A stretch of DNA of 53,083 nt from a virus (lineage: Duplodnaviria > Heunggongvirae > Uroviricota > Caudoviricetes): IMG/VR virus record IMGVR_UViG_3300021255_000139. One strand, written 5' to 3'. A program made the position numbers and the translations under genes. The notes beneath the pieces were generated by a model. That model had not been told where the DNA came from. It made no database searches and saw only the letters and a program-made list of their open reading frames with translations. Every line of letters starts with the position of its first letter. Positions within the stretch are counted from its first letter, which is position 1. Positions 29,476-39,909 of this stretch are shown piece after piece.

Positions 29476-29938
29476 ATGTCAGTATACGGCAAGGATATTC
29501 ATAATAAAGAACACTTTCCGTATTGGAATATAATTCGAGTTCTCCTAACCAGTTTGTATCTAATCCCACCAAAGATTTTTTGATCTCTTCAGCAATAATA
29601 TCTATCACTGTGCCAGACAAATATTCTCCAGTTTCGTAACTCCGTACCTTTCTCTTCATACCTTTTTCGTGACAAATCACATCCACTTCAATATTTATAT
29701 CTTCGATAAAATAGTTTGGAGTGCGAGAATGATTAACCCGGAAACAGATGAATGGGTCAGTAGTTTCAACCGTTTCTGGATTTTGAAGATATGGGAATAT
29801 CTTTTCATATAACAATTTGCCACCAGAATCTATACAATCTTTATCGAGTTGGTAAACAATCTCGTTGTTTTCGATGATAGTATTTATTACCGCTGTCTTA
29901 AAGGAATTTATGTCAAAATCTTCATATTCTTTATTCAT
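29438..29938 (-). CDS. Putative tail terminator/completion protein
   Basis: 166 aa; GGAGG RBS; position between head closure and tail tube genes. Confidence 0.55.
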   Translation of the reverse strand: MNKEYEDFDINSFKTAVINTIIENNEIVYQLDKDCIDSGGKLLYEKIFPYLQNPETVETTDPFICFRVNHSRTPNYFIEDINIEVDVICHEKGMKRKVRSYETGEYLSGTVIDIIAEEIKKSLVGLDTNWLGELELYSNTESVLYYEYPCRILTFEAKKESYAHHK

Positions 29939-29950
29939 TTCATTCCTCCA

Positions 29951-30985
29951 TTACCAAAGCGGAATAATAGACACTTTGACAGTAGCCAAAATGTTTTCAT
30001 CCAACGTGGCATTCAAATCGAATGTTTTACCAATCAACAACTTATCGTTCTTAACCGCAATACGAATTGTATTGCTACCCTTATCAGTTATTTTCAAACA
30101 ACTTACATCAAATTCATCAGAAGTAATATTCCAAACAATAGGAGTATCAATTTCCGATCCTTCATTGTCTGTCAAGAATGCAGTAAATTCGCCAAATGAA
30201 GAAACTGCAATTTCATCAGATTCAAAATCAATACGGCAATTATATTCATCAGATTCACTTTCTGGTGATCTTGCATAATAATCCGCAATCATTAAATCTG
30301 CATTATCTACTTCTTTATCATAAACAGTCTGTGTTAATGTCAATTTCAGAACTTTGACAGTTTTATTATTTCCAGTGATACCATCAAACTTTGTTAGTTT
30401 GCATACTAACGGCATATCATCTGATTTCTCCATCATAAACCGCATACCATCATGCAATTTACGAGTGTGAATATCCATTGGAAGATGAATAGAATACTGT
30501 TTATCGTATTGAATTACAAGATTTCCCTTGAATACACCAGAACTATATCTTGTTACATCTTCAGCCCAATACCAATATTCTTTGATTATCTTAGTTTCTG
30601 AATCTTGCCATCTTAACTGATTGTTACATAATTTCAATGGTGCTTTTTCATAAAACTTATTATTCGTTGGTTCAGAATCAATAAGCCATACCACGCCATC
30701 AAATCTCACATAAGAATAAACGATTTCTCCTGTGAGAGTTCCAATAGGTACAAGAATTTGGCGATCTTCTAATTTCAGAGCAGTATTTTCGGTCACACTC
30801 TGAACAACAGCTTTTGCCGGAGTTATAACAGAAAAATCACTTGTAATCAATTCAACATTGTCGCACAACATTGAAGTATCAAGTAATTCATCAAATCCGT
30901 CACGAGCATAATTCACCCATTCTTCACCTTCATACCCACCGTTATAAATAGGTGGACTACTCATTAAATACCATTCTTTCGCCAA
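29951..30985 (-). CDS. Putative head closure protein with C-terminal Ig-like domain
   Basis: 344 aa, TTG start with GAGGTG RBS; synteny. Confidence 0.55.
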   Translation of the reverse strand: MAKEWYLMSSPPIYNGGYEGEEWVNYARDGFDELLDTSMLCDNVELITSDFSVITPAKAVVQSVTENTALKLEDRQILVPIGTLTGEIVYSYVRFDGVVWLIDSEPTNNKFYEKAPLKLCNNQLRWQDSETKIIKEYWYWAEDVTRYSSGVFKGNLVIQYDKQYSIHLPMDIHTRKLHDGMRFMMEKSDDMPLVCKLTKFDGITGNNKTVKVLKLTLTQTVYDKEVDNADLMIADYYARSPESESDEYNCRIDFESDEIAVSSFGEFTAFLTDNEGSEIDTPIVWNITSDEFDVSCLKITDKGSNTIRIAVKNDKLLIGKTFDLNATLDENILATVKVSIIPLW

Positions 30986-30996
30986 AACAGATCACC

Positions 30997-31419
30997 TCAC
31001 ACATATGCTGGAGGTTTCTGCTTCTGGAAGAAATCTGCAACTTTACTATCAACGCCATCAGCCTCTGCAGCAGTATACTTTTTCGTATCACCAGTACCAT
31101 TTAAGGAAATATCTTTTCCAATAATGTTATTAAGCTGATTTACACGTCTGCGTTCTTGTTGCATATAATACGACTTCATAAGTTCAGCAAGGTTAAGGAT
31201 TACATGATTTGACAGATTGCCTTTACTATCAAAAAATGTACTTTCACCATCTGATAATAAAAATCCCATTTCATCAGCGTCATATCCTAGCTTTCCAATA
31301 TTTAATTCATATTCTCCAACAGCATTTTTAAACCATTGCTCAACTAATCCATCAGCCAAAACATACTTACTTTTGATGATGGATTCAAAAGCATTAACGA
31401 CATCTTCATAAGTGGTCAT
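30997..31419 (-). CDS. Putative head-tail adaptor
   Basis: 140 aa starting MTTYEDV; position after the capsid genes. Confidence 0.55.
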   Translation of the reverse strand: MTTYEDVVNAFESIIKSKYVLADGLVEQWFKNAVGEYELNIGKLGYDADEMGFLLSDGESTFFDSKGNLSNHVILNLAELMKSYYMQQERRRVNQLNNIIGKDISLNGTGDTKKYTAAEADGVDSKVADFFQKQKPPAYV

Positions 31420-31442
31420 TTAATCCACCATCCTTTCATGTT

Positions 31443-32030
31443 TTAGTTAAATTTTATTCCACTAATCTTTTCGATTGCTGCAATCTGATAAGCCGGAACA
31501 TCGTCCATCCCAACCCTTTCAACCAATCGAACAATCATTCTCTTTTCAGCCTTTGTAACGACCAAAGAATTAAGAGCATCATAGAATTTCTGCTTATTTT
31601 GAATAGCAAGCAATTCTTTAACTGCATCTTCTGTAAGTTGAACTGGATCAACAGGCTCTCCAAATACATACTCACGAATAACAGGATCGTTAATCTTAAA
31701 CGGGGCGTGAGAACCAAATCCATCTGTTCCAACAAAACCTATATTTCCAGTCTTAACCTGTGCATCAACTTCAGAAACAGTCAGATTTTTATAATTTTTT
31801 ACACCATCGGGGATGTCAATTCCACGACCATTTTCATAAGATTCAAATGAAATCACCCAATCGCAAAGGTTATCAATACTTACACGGTCTGATGGTCTAA
31901 TATCGTCAACAGTTTTCTTTGGTGCAGGTTTTCGTGTGGTTGTCTTTACGACCTTTTCTTCTTTTTCAACTACATCATTATTTTCAGTAGTTTCTATATC
32001 AACACTTTTCGTGTTAGCTTTATTTGCCAT
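31443..32030 (-). CDS. Hypothetical capsid-module protein
   Basis: 195-aa ORF directly after the major capsid gene. Confidence 0.7.
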   Translation of the reverse strand: MANKANTKSVDIETTENNDVVEKEEKVVKTTTRKPAPKKTVDDIRPSDRVSIDNLCDWVISFESYENGRGIDIPDGVKNYKNLTVSEVDAQVKTGNIGFVGTDGFGSHAPFKINDPVIREYVFGEPVDPVQLTEDAVKELLAIQNKQKFYDALNSLVVTKAEKRMIVRLVERVGMDDVPAYQIAAIEKISGIKFN

Positions 32031-32056
32031 ATACTTTTTAAGTCCTTTCTTAATCA

Positions 32057-32090
32057 GGGAAAGTAGTGGAGTATCTTACCCCACTACTTA
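32057..32090 (-). terminator. Terminator-like hairpin after the major capsid gene
   Basis: AAGTAGTGG/CCACTACTT stem with weak T tract. Confidence 0.5.
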
Positions 32091-32127
32091 ACCATGTATT
32101 TATATCGTTGTTGAATCGGAATCTGTC

Positions 32128-33237
32128 TTACTGTGCCGCAAGCATACCAATTTCAAACTCACGACCCTTAACTACGTCAGCACCAATCTCAACATCAAAA
32201 CGAGTCTTGATTGTTCCAGTCTCAACATCGTTACCAGACATAGTAGTAATACCACCACGTCTGAAAATATGCAGAGGACTATTCACGCCAGCAGCAGTGA
32301 AGTACAGTTCGTCATCAGCATAGTAAGTCTCGAAACCAGACTTATCAGCAAGCGGTTTTGTATAGTTGTAAGGATTTGCAAGTTCAACCAGAGCGCATCC
32401 ATTATAGAATCCGTTCAGACCAACCTTTGCAATTTCTTCAACTTGTGCAGGAGTGAAGAACGGAAGATTATCATTACCAACAGTCTTATAACCATTCCAA
32501 TCGCAAATAGCAGACAGAACAGCATAATCACCAAGGATAGAAACCTTACCCATTCTACGCATCTTCTTAATCATACCATCAACAGCCTGTTTTGTAGGAG
32601 TTGTGCCAGTGTAAGTAGCGTAATTCTTCACGTATTTAGTGTTGTTAGCCAGAGAGTTCTTCAGAACACCAAGAACATAAGCAACACCCTTGTTGTTCAT
32701 ATCAATCTGAACCTGATCAGCTTCTTCAGCAATAGTACCATCGAAGTTACCAGCAGCCAGTTCACGGTAATCAATTACCATACCTGAAGAAATTGTACGA
32801 GTAGCAACAGGATATTCAATCCAGTTCTTACCAGCAAAACTTACATCGGAATTTGCAGCCTGAATACGAGCATCCAGATTCTCATAATTGTAAGTCTTAA
32901 CCCTTGGCTGTTCATCATAACGAATCTGATGATAATTTCCTAAGAAATCAAACACCTTCATCGCTTCAAGCAGCTTCGGCTCAATCATAAACTTAACAAT
33001 AGCATTGATTTCAGCACGAGCCTTATAATCACCCATTTCAGCAGCTTCGCCCAAAGACATCAGCTTTTTAGCTACGGCATCCTTCTGTGCGCCAAACTTC
33101 CCGGCATCGTTGCCATAGAAGAGAGCGGAACAGATTTCAACCATTGTCTTGAACTTCGCTTCATCCTTGATAACTACATTATCCTTAACAGGATTAACCA
33201 GTTCAATGGATGTATTCAATTCAATGTTTGTATTCAT
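32128..33237 (-). CDS. Major capsid protein
   Basis: 369 aa; third gene of the protease-decoration-capsid block; strong AAAGGAG RBS; followed by a hairpin. Confidence 0.8.
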   Translation of the reverse strand: MNTNIELNTSIELVNPVKDNVVIKDEAKFKTMVEICSALFYGNDAGKFGAQKDAVAKKLMSLGEAAEMGDYKARAEINAIVKFMIEPKLLEAMKVFDFLGNYHQIRYDEQPRVKTYNYENLDARIQAANSDVSFAGKNWIEYPVATRTISSGMVIDYRELAAGNFDGTIAEEADQVQIDMNNKGVAYVLGVLKNSLANNTKYVKNYATYTGTTPTKQAVDGMIKKMRRMGKVSILGDYAVLSAICDWNGYKTVGNDNLPFFTPAQVEEIAKVGLNGFYNGCALVELANPYNYTKPLADKSGFETYYADDELYFTAAGVNSPLHIFRRGGITTMSGNDVETGTIKTRFDVEIGADVVKGREFEIGMLAAQ

Positions 33238-33275
33238 TGTATTTATTTCTCCTTTCGATTACTAACTTTTAGCGA

Positions 33276-33731
33276 TTAGGCAAGAACAACCTTCGCACCA
33301 AATCCTTCACCATTAAATGAAGTCAAATCAACAACTTCCAAATATGCAGGATAGTTAGTAACAGTTTCATTGATTTCCCAAGTACCGTCAGTCTTAGGAG
33401 TCAGCTTAACCCCAGCTTCGATATCTTCATAATCACCAGTAACCTGATCCATGTCCATATCAAGAATTTCACCTCTCAGTGATTCAAGAGTAAACAGACG
33501 AGGATATTCACCAATTTCGATAACGTACTCATTTGGGCTAAGAATTTCAGGCTTTTCAATAGAGTTCATAACAATAGCAAGACCAGCAGTAGTAGCCGCT
33601 GTCGGATGCTTTGCTGTCTTTGCTGCTAAGTCAAACTCCGCTGCCTGTCCGTTATGCATTTCAACGGTTGCTTTGCAATAACCGATATTCTTGGCGTTCT
33701 TGTATGCGCCCAATTCACGGAATTTAATCAT
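33276..33731 (-). CDS. Putative capsid decoration protein
   Basis: 151 aa between protease/scaffold and capsid genes. Confidence 0.6.
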   Translation of the reverse strand: MIKFRELGAYKNAKNIGYCKATVEMHNGQAAEFDLAAKTAKHPTAATTAGLAIVMNSIEKPEILSPNEYVIEIGEYPRLFTLESLRGEILDMDMDQVTGDYEDIEAGVKLTPKTDGTWEINETVTNYPAYLEVVDLTSFNGEGFGAKVVLA

Positions 33732-33750
33732 TGTAGAGTTCTCCTTTCAA

Positions 33751-35052
33751 TTATGCGAACACATCAAAATCTTCGACTTCCTTCTTATCGTTGATAATAG
33801 GGTCGATGTTCGCAATAATATCATCAAATTCGTTTTTGGAGTTGGTTTCAGCAATTCGTTTTGCTTCATTCGCTTCACGCATCTTTCTATAAGATGTAGC
33901 ATCAATCTTTTCCACTATAGAATTGATTTCAACAGAGAAAGGATCGGCATTAAACTTTTCGATTTCTTCCTTTGCATATGCTTTCTGATCTTCTGTATAA
34001 GCAGAGAGAGCAGAGTTCAGTTCAGCAATCTTATTTGCCTTTTTCAACTCATTCAGTTCTTCAACTACCTTCTCCTTATCAGCATTGATTTCATCAATCT
34101 TTGCATTAAGTTCAGCTTCTTTATCAATAGTAGCTTTTTCAGCAGTTGCGACTTTTTCATTCAAGTCTGCAATTTCTGTAGTTTTAGCTTTAATATCTGC
34201 GCTAAGTGCATCAATCTTCTGATTGAGTTCATCAATCTTAGAATCTTTTTCCTCAATCTGAGAATTTAATTCTGCGACATTAGAATCATGCATAGCAGCA
34301 AGAATTTCTGTCTTTAACTCGGAAACAACAGCTTTCATTTCTTCATTCAGTTCAACCATTGTTGAAACCTCCTTATTGAAATTCATAGCTTCTTTATTCA
34401 CTTGGTTTAGTTCAACCAATACGGCTGCTGAATCTGAAGGTGTGATAGATAAAATACAATATCCACTATAGTCATAAACCATAGGAATACGTCCTTTTTC
34501 CTTCCAGCCACCGTCATAGATAATTTCGCCATCATTTTCCTTTGTGCCGACAAACTCGACACTACCACATATTTCTTCGCCATTATTAACTTTGTCTAAT
34601 ATCCATTTGACAAATCTCGGATAACGTGCTTCATTGAGATAACCAGTAGCACATAAGCACCTTCTGACCCGACCTTTAATCTCTAAGTCCTCAATCGACC
34701 AATTATCAAAACAACCAACTTGGATAGAATTTTCAAAAGTCGGCATATTCTTAATCCGACCAGTCATTCCGTGTCCGTATGGAGTTTTCTTTGAATCGTC
34801 AAGGAATTGAGCGCACAATGGCATCCCTTTTACACTTTCCGCATTGTCTCTTGTATATTGTTCAAGATATGTAATGCCGTTTTCATTCCAATGTGATGTA
34901 TCAGGATAAATCTCATGCAAAACCATCTTCAAATAGCGGCGTCCGTTTGGATTAGTGGCTTGGGATTTATGCTGAAAATCAGACTGTGATATTTCAACAA
35001 TCCTCATGTCAATATCCCTTTTTTGAATTTTATTCATAACGTGCGCCTCCAA
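33751..35052 (-). CDS. Prohead protease-scaffold fusion
   Basis: N-terminal protease-like domain (WNENG, PYGHG, GSVE) followed by an acidic coiled coil. Confidence 0.75.
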   Translation of the reverse strand: MEAHVMNKIQKRDIDMRIVEISQSDFQHKSQATNPNGRRYLKMVLHEIYPDTSHWNENGITYLEQYTRDNAESVKGMPLCAQFLDDSKKTPYGHGMTGRIKNMPTFENSIQVGCFDNWSIEDLEIKGRVRRCLCATGYLNEARYPRFVKWILDKVNNGEEICGSVEFVGTKENDGEIIYDGGWKEKGRIPMVYDYSGYCILSITPSDSAAVLVELNQVNKEAMNFNKEVSTMVELNEEMKAVVSELKTEILAAMHDSNVAELNSQIEEKDSKIDELNQKIDALSADIKAKTTEIADLNEKVATAEKATIDKEAELNAKIDEINADKEKVVEELNELKKANKIAELNSALSAYTEDQKAYAKEEIEKFNADPFSVEINSIVEKIDATSYRKMREANEAKRIAETNSKNEFDDIIANIDPIINDKKEVEDFDVFA

Positions 35053-35097
35053 TTTATTTATATAAAAAACACGGAAAGCGTGTCTTTTAGCATGAAT

Positions 35098-35307
35098 TTA
35101 ATCAACCGTTTCATCACTGCCAGTTTTTGACAGAATGTCGGCTAAATCTGCCTTGAATTTATCTGTTTCTTCAAATAAAAAGATAGAAGCATCCGGCATT
35201 TCTTTCTTCGGCTTAATGTCAAAGATTGGATTACCAGCCTTTAACAAGCGTCTTGCAATACCCGGATTAAAAACAGACCGACAGATAATGTTTTTCTGTT
35301 TCTTCAT
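35098..35307 (-). CDS. Small conserved phage protein (DUF5659-like)
   Basis: IARRLLKAGNPIFDIKP..IFLFEET; located between portal and protease. Confidence 0.6.
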   Translation of the reverse strand: MKKQKNIICRSVFNPGIARRLLKAGNPIFDIKPKKEMPDASIFLFEETDKFKADLADILSKTGSDETVD

Positions 35308-35322
35308 CGCAATTTCCTTTCA

Positions 35323-36993
35323 TTATGTACTTGGTTTAGGATTCTCGTTAGAATTAGAAGATTGCGACTGTATTGTATTCTCGTTGGTTGGATTATCTAT
35401 CTTTTCACGACCAACAGTAGAATCGTCCTTGTCCTTGTTGCTCATTGTATATGATGTAGCATGAACAGGGTATTTATTTTCAAAATCACATTCAAGTTCA
35501 TAGTCCATAAGTGAAATATAGGCATCGGAATCAAATCCGGCTGCACTGATCCACGCAAGTAACGAACCTTTACCACTTGAATATAAATCTTTCATATATT
35601 GAACCTGTTTATCCCTATTCGCAAATGTGATAGGAAGGATATAACAGTCTACTACGCAAGATGAATCTTTAATAATGTTTGCATTTATACATTTATTGAG
35701 TTCGCTCATATAGTTCTCAATCCATGTATAAACATATCCAGCAACCAATTCTAAGTTTAATGTTGCAGTCGCATAATTTCCTTTTGTATTTCCATCAAGA
35801 CTTGCAGAACTCATACCCAAATCTGCCGGAACAGCATCTTTAATTGTACTTTCGTTCTTTTCGTCAAAAATATCTATATCGACTTCCATCTTGTTGAGTT
35901 TTGTTCCACTCGCAAGAGAGAAGAAAGAAATACCTGATTTACTTTTCCTGTTTACGATTGCAGACTTTACCTTTTCATGTTGATCTTTTTGTTGATCTCT
36001 ACTAAGAGAAGATGTTCCTTTTTCCTTTCCTTCCGGGAAAGTCATATAAATAATCTGGTTATTTACATTGTCCAATACAGAACGTTTTGTATTCACAAAA
36101 TAATCAGCATACAGAATATCATCAAACGCAGTAACAGCCATTGGAACGCCCCACGGCTGATTTTCTGTTGCGTTAACTTTCGTTACAATCGTATTGTTGT
36201 TGTCAAGAACAACCCAAGGATTTATCAGACCACTATCTTTTCTTTCAAGATATGCTTCTCTGATTTCTTGTGGCATCGCTTGCAATCTTGCTTCAAGTTC
36301 CTTTGCAGTGAACAAATCGAAATACCTCAGATTAAAAGCAGCAACATATGAGTTATTCTTTTTATTTACAATTTTGCACCAATCAACAGGTAATGAAATT
36401 ATAGATGCATTTACACCCAACTCATTGATTTCTACAATATTCTCAACATCTATATCTGATAAAAACTTCTCATTACTAAGTGGGCGATTTACTGTTTCAA
36501 AATAATAGAACGCCGTACCATCATTAGCATCTTTCATCAGATTATCTCTTATCTGCTTCTTATAGTTAATTGTATTTAAGACAGAAATCATTTTCTTTCT
36601 GTTTTTCGCAAAATTACGAGGGCGTTCTTTCCCGATTTTGCCACTCTTGCATACTACGACTTTATCAAGTGTATGCATTGTGCAGATATAATTTATGGCA
36701 CTTCTAACACTGCCATTTATGCTATAAGCCCACCATGCTAAATCTCTAAGTTCTTTATTATAGAATTGAGGGTTTCTTGCGTATCTTCTGATTTCATGGA
36801 TTGAACAAGGAAGATCATCCATGTAGTCTCCTAAAACTACCCGTAAGTAGGGGAGAGAAGTATTATAACCATAAGCATTTGTTTCAACATTGTTTATTTG
36901 CTGTTTGTTATGGCAATTTTTCCTTTTTTTGTAATTAGAACTTTTTCTGTTCTGGTTGCCGTTTTTGTTCGGCAAATTTGTTTGTTCAGCCAT
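35323..36993 (-). CDS. Portal protein
   Basis: 556 aa directly after the terminase large subunit; PWGVP motif. Confidence 0.82.
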   Translation of the reverse strand: MAEQTNLPNKNGNQNRKSSNYKKRKNCHNKQQINNVETNAYGYNTSLPYLRVVLGDYMDDLPCSIHEIRRYARNPQFYNKELRDLAWWAYSINGSVRSAINYICTMHTLDKVVVCKSGKIGKERPRNFAKNRKKMISVLNTINYKKQIRDNLMKDANDGTAFYYFETVNRPLSNEKFLSDIDVENIVEINELGVNASIISLPVDWCKIVNKKNNSYVAAFNLRYFDLFTAKELEARLQAMPQEIREAYLERKDSGLINPWVVLDNNNTIVTKVNATENQPWGVPMAVTAFDDILYADYFVNTKRSVLDNVNNQIIYMTFPEGKEKGTSSLSRDQQKDQHEKVKSAIVNRKSKSGISFFSLASGTKLNKMEVDIDIFDEKNESTIKDAVPADLGMSSASLDGNTKGNYATATLNLELVAGYVYTWIENYMSELNKCINANIIKDSSCVVDCYILPITFANRDKQVQYMKDLYSSGKGSLLAWISAAGFDSDAYISLMDYELECDFENKYPVHATSYTMSNKDKDDSTVGREKIDNPTNENTIQSQSSNSNENPKPST

Positions 36994-37006
36994 TCGGCAA
37001 CCTCCT

Positions 37007-38758
37007 TTAATTTATAAATGTAACGTAGCCGTATTCATCGGCAGCATCTTTAATATCTCTTTCCAATTCAGTTGCAATGTAATTAGCATATGAGATAGCA
37101 GAATATCTATCCTTTCTCATACCAGATGCTTCAACAACCTTAATTTTTCCGTTGACAGTGGTATAGTCAAGATTGACCATTTCCTGAATCATTGCAGTTG
37201 TCTGATAATATGGTTCTTGAAACATAACCTGATCATCGACCAAAAGAGACTGATATTGTTTGCTCTTGTTAAGTTGTTCATTTGCTTCAATTTCATTGAT
37301 TAGCAGTCGAACTTTTCCACGTTGAATACAGTCACGCAAATAAACCGCTGCATCAGAATTGAATTGAGCGGTTGCTTTTATGCTATAAATAAGTTTTTCG
37401 GCTTCTGGTTCTTTACATCTTTCAGCCATTTTTTCATCATTGATACATGACCATGCCGGGTAAACAATATTTCTTTCATCGTCAACTTGATCTATCACAA
37501 GGTTATCGAATACGCCTACGCCAACACCATTTGTGTCAACTATGATATAATCACAATCAAAATCATCGAACAAACGCCTTGCCGTTAATGCTTGGTCGAA
37601 TGTATGACCACCATCTAATGTTGTAAGATAAACAACATTTCGTATGTATTGATTGCTTAAAGTCGGAATTAACTGCATAACAACAAAACAAGTTGCGTCA
37701 TTTTTCGCACCGCCTTGTGTCGCAATATCCATTGCAAGCAGTCGGATTTCTCCGTTCCGCTTTGATTCATATTTATATTTTGGATCATTTAATAATGCAT
37801 AATATGGTTTCGGATAAAGTGCTTTTGAGATTCTTCGTACTCTATCTATATAATCAAAATTGAAGAATGCCTTTTCTGATGAACCCCAGAACAAGGAATC
37901 CATTTCCATCGACCACGCAATAGAATCAAAATCATCCTCTTGCATTTCTTCTCGTATCTGTTCTTCTGGATAATACCCTTCCGCAACAGGTAACTGATAC
38001 GGAAAGCCAAAAACCATATAGCTTTCGCCTTTAATCATTGATTTAAAGAACGCTTTGAATTTCGCCCATGACCAATGATATTTGTAATATGCACTACTAA
38101 GATAAATCTCCTTGTTTGGCTCTTTTGGATATTTGATCTTATTGGCTTCAACTTTATCATCATATTCAGGCTTATTATAGAAATTAGGTCTACGCTGTCC
38201 GGCTTTAAATTTTCTCAAAACCTTGTCAACAACACTTTTATCAATAAGTCTAAATTCATCCATGATGATAATGTGCGCTCTGGCAGAACGTGCAGAATCT
38301 CTCGCCGTAACTACCTTTATCACAGAACCATTTTTCCAATAAATATAACCTTCACTTGGAGATGTATTTGTCTTTAATATTTCATTTCGCAGATTTGGAG
38401 ATTGTGGCATAAATTCTTCAACTATCTTTAACAAGACATTGATAGACTGTCCACGCTGTCCGGCAGCAATACATACTTTTGTTCCCGGATAAAGTGTGCA
38501 GTAAGCACAGAGAAAAGCAGCAACAATCATACTTTTTCCCATACCACGACTCGCTATCGTCATAAGATAGTTACTGCGAAACATGAACATAATCATTACT
38601 TGCTGAAATGGTCTGATCCATTCCATGCCAAAGTAATCAATTAAAAAACGGACTGGATTCGCACGATAATAACTTATCCATGCTCCCAATCCTTCCATTA
38701 TTCGTTCATATTTTGAGTCAGCGGTTAATACTTCTTTATTCGTTTGTTTCCTCGCCAT
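37007..38758 (-). CDS. terL: Terminase large subunit
   Basis: Walker A ASRGMGKS, Walker B IIIMDEF, nuclease acidic motifs LAMDIA, VDTNGVG, KDRYSA; probable start MARKQ. Confidence 0.93.
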   Translation of the reverse strand: MARKQTNKEVLTADSKYERIMEGLGAWISYYRANPVRFLIDYFGMEWIRPFQQVMIMFMFRSNYLMTIASRGMGKSMIVAAFLCAYCTLYPGTKVCIAAGQRGQSINVLLKIVEEFMPQSPNLRNEILKTNTSPSEGYIYWKNGSVIKVVTARDSARSARAHIIIMDEFRLIDKSVVDKVLRKFKAGQRRPNFYNKPEYDDKVEANKIKYPKEPNKEIYLSSAYYKYHWSWAKFKAFFKSMIKGESYMVFGFPYQLPVAEGYYPEEQIREEMQEDDFDSIAWSMEMDSLFWGSSEKAFFNFDYIDRVRRISKALYPKPYYALLNDPKYKYESKRNGEIRLLAMDIATQGGAKNDATCFVVMQLIPTLSNQYIRNVVYLTTLDGGHTFDQALTARRLFDDFDCDYIIVDTNGVGVGVFDNLVIDQVDDERNIVYPAWSCINDEKMAERCKEPEAEKLIYSIKATAQFNSDAAVYLRDCIQRGKVRLLINEIEANEQLNKSKQYQSLLVDDQVMFQEPYYQTTAMIQEMVNLDYTTVNGKIKVVEASGMRKDRYSAISYANYIATELERDIKDAADEYGYVTFIN

Positions 38759-39710
38759 CGGTAACACCACCATTCACAAGGAAATCAAACACATCTTCAT
38801 CATCTGCTTCTTCCAATTCAGGAATTTCAACTCTATATTTAGCCATCTCTTCTTCATACATAGAAGCGTAGCGGTTTTTCAATTTCAACATCTTACACAG
38901 ATGACCCAAGAAATAAATGGTTATATATTTAATGATTCCATCAACATCTTTCCATTCTTCTCTTGGCTCTGGTATAGGACGTTCATTTTCAAACATTTGA
39001 ATCATCACGCCGATTGGTTTTTCTGCAGCTTTATCACTCGCATCTTCTTGCAGTGGTTGCAGATTTGCAGATTTCATAGTAGTCTGATAAGTCCGCATTA
39101 ACTTAGAATACAAGTCCGCATTGTTTTCCATTAGTGCGAGATTCATTTGTAGTTTAATGATGCATAACTCTCGCACGAGCGTTTCCCTCGTTTTACTATC
39201 AATTACAACACGAGACTTCCAATCATCAAACTGATCATTTAAGGTAATGTACTGTTCAGGAGTAAAACCTAATCCCCACACTGCAACAGCCTTTTTCATA
39301 GCTTTTGCATCCATCTCGTCAAAATCTTCCAAGTCAGAAGAAGAACTTATAGCGTCAGATTTTTGTTCTTTAACAGTATCGTCATAAGTTTTTCCTAAGT
39401 GTGGTTTAATCTGGATTTTACTAATATAAAAAGAAATTCTGCTTCTATTTTCCGCTCTCTTTTCAGAAGCATTAAAAGCACTTTCGTTAAAATAGAAATC
39501 AAATGTCTGACAAATACGATTTATAGCAGCTTCTTCATCTCCACCATAAAATTCAACGTATTTATCATACAGTTTATCCATGCAATTTTTACAAGTACAA
39601 ATGTACCCATTATTGCCAACATACAAGGAGGATTTTGATGGAGAAAAATTACCCTTTTGTGTTTTGTATGAAGTACCACAAGTCTGACACACAAATTCGT
39701 TTTCAGCCAT
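38736..39710 (-). CDS. Zinc-finger protein upstream of TerL, candidate terminase small subunit
   Basis: CQTC..CKNC; AAAGGAG RBS before MAENEF; overlaps the terL start. Confidence 0.6.
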   Translation of the reverse strand: MAENEFVCQTCGTSYKTQKGNFSPSKSSLYVGNNGYICTCKNCMDKLYDKYVEFYGGDEEAAINRICQTFDFYFNESAFNASEKRAENRSRISFYISKIQIKPHLGKTYDDTVKEQKSDAISSSSDLEDFDEMDAKAMKKAVAVWGLGFTPEQYITLNDQFDDWKSRVVIDSKTRETLVRELCIIKLQMNLALMENNADLYSKLMRTYQTTMKSANLQPLQEDASDKAAEKPIGVMIQMFENERPIPEPREEWKDVDGIIKYITIYFLGHLCKMLKLKNRYASMYEEEMAKYRVEIPELEEADDEDVFDFLVNGGVTDGEETNE

Positions 39711-39821
39711 ATTATTCTCCTTTCTATGATTCTTTCTGTATATAAAAAACACTACATCCAAAAAGAATGTAGTGCGATTATTTCAATATGCCGATTGACC
39801 GCCAAGCCAATCATATATGTA

Positions 39822-39905
39822 TGGGGCGAGTGGGACTCGAACCCACACGGGTATTTCACCAACTGTTTTTGAGACAGCCTCCTATGCCTATTCGGATACC
39901 GCCCC
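39822..39905 (-). tRNA. tRNA-Leu(CAA)
   Basis: Cloverleaf with long variable arm; anticodon loop CT-CAA-AA. Confidence 0.93.
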
Positions 39906-39909
39906 TTAT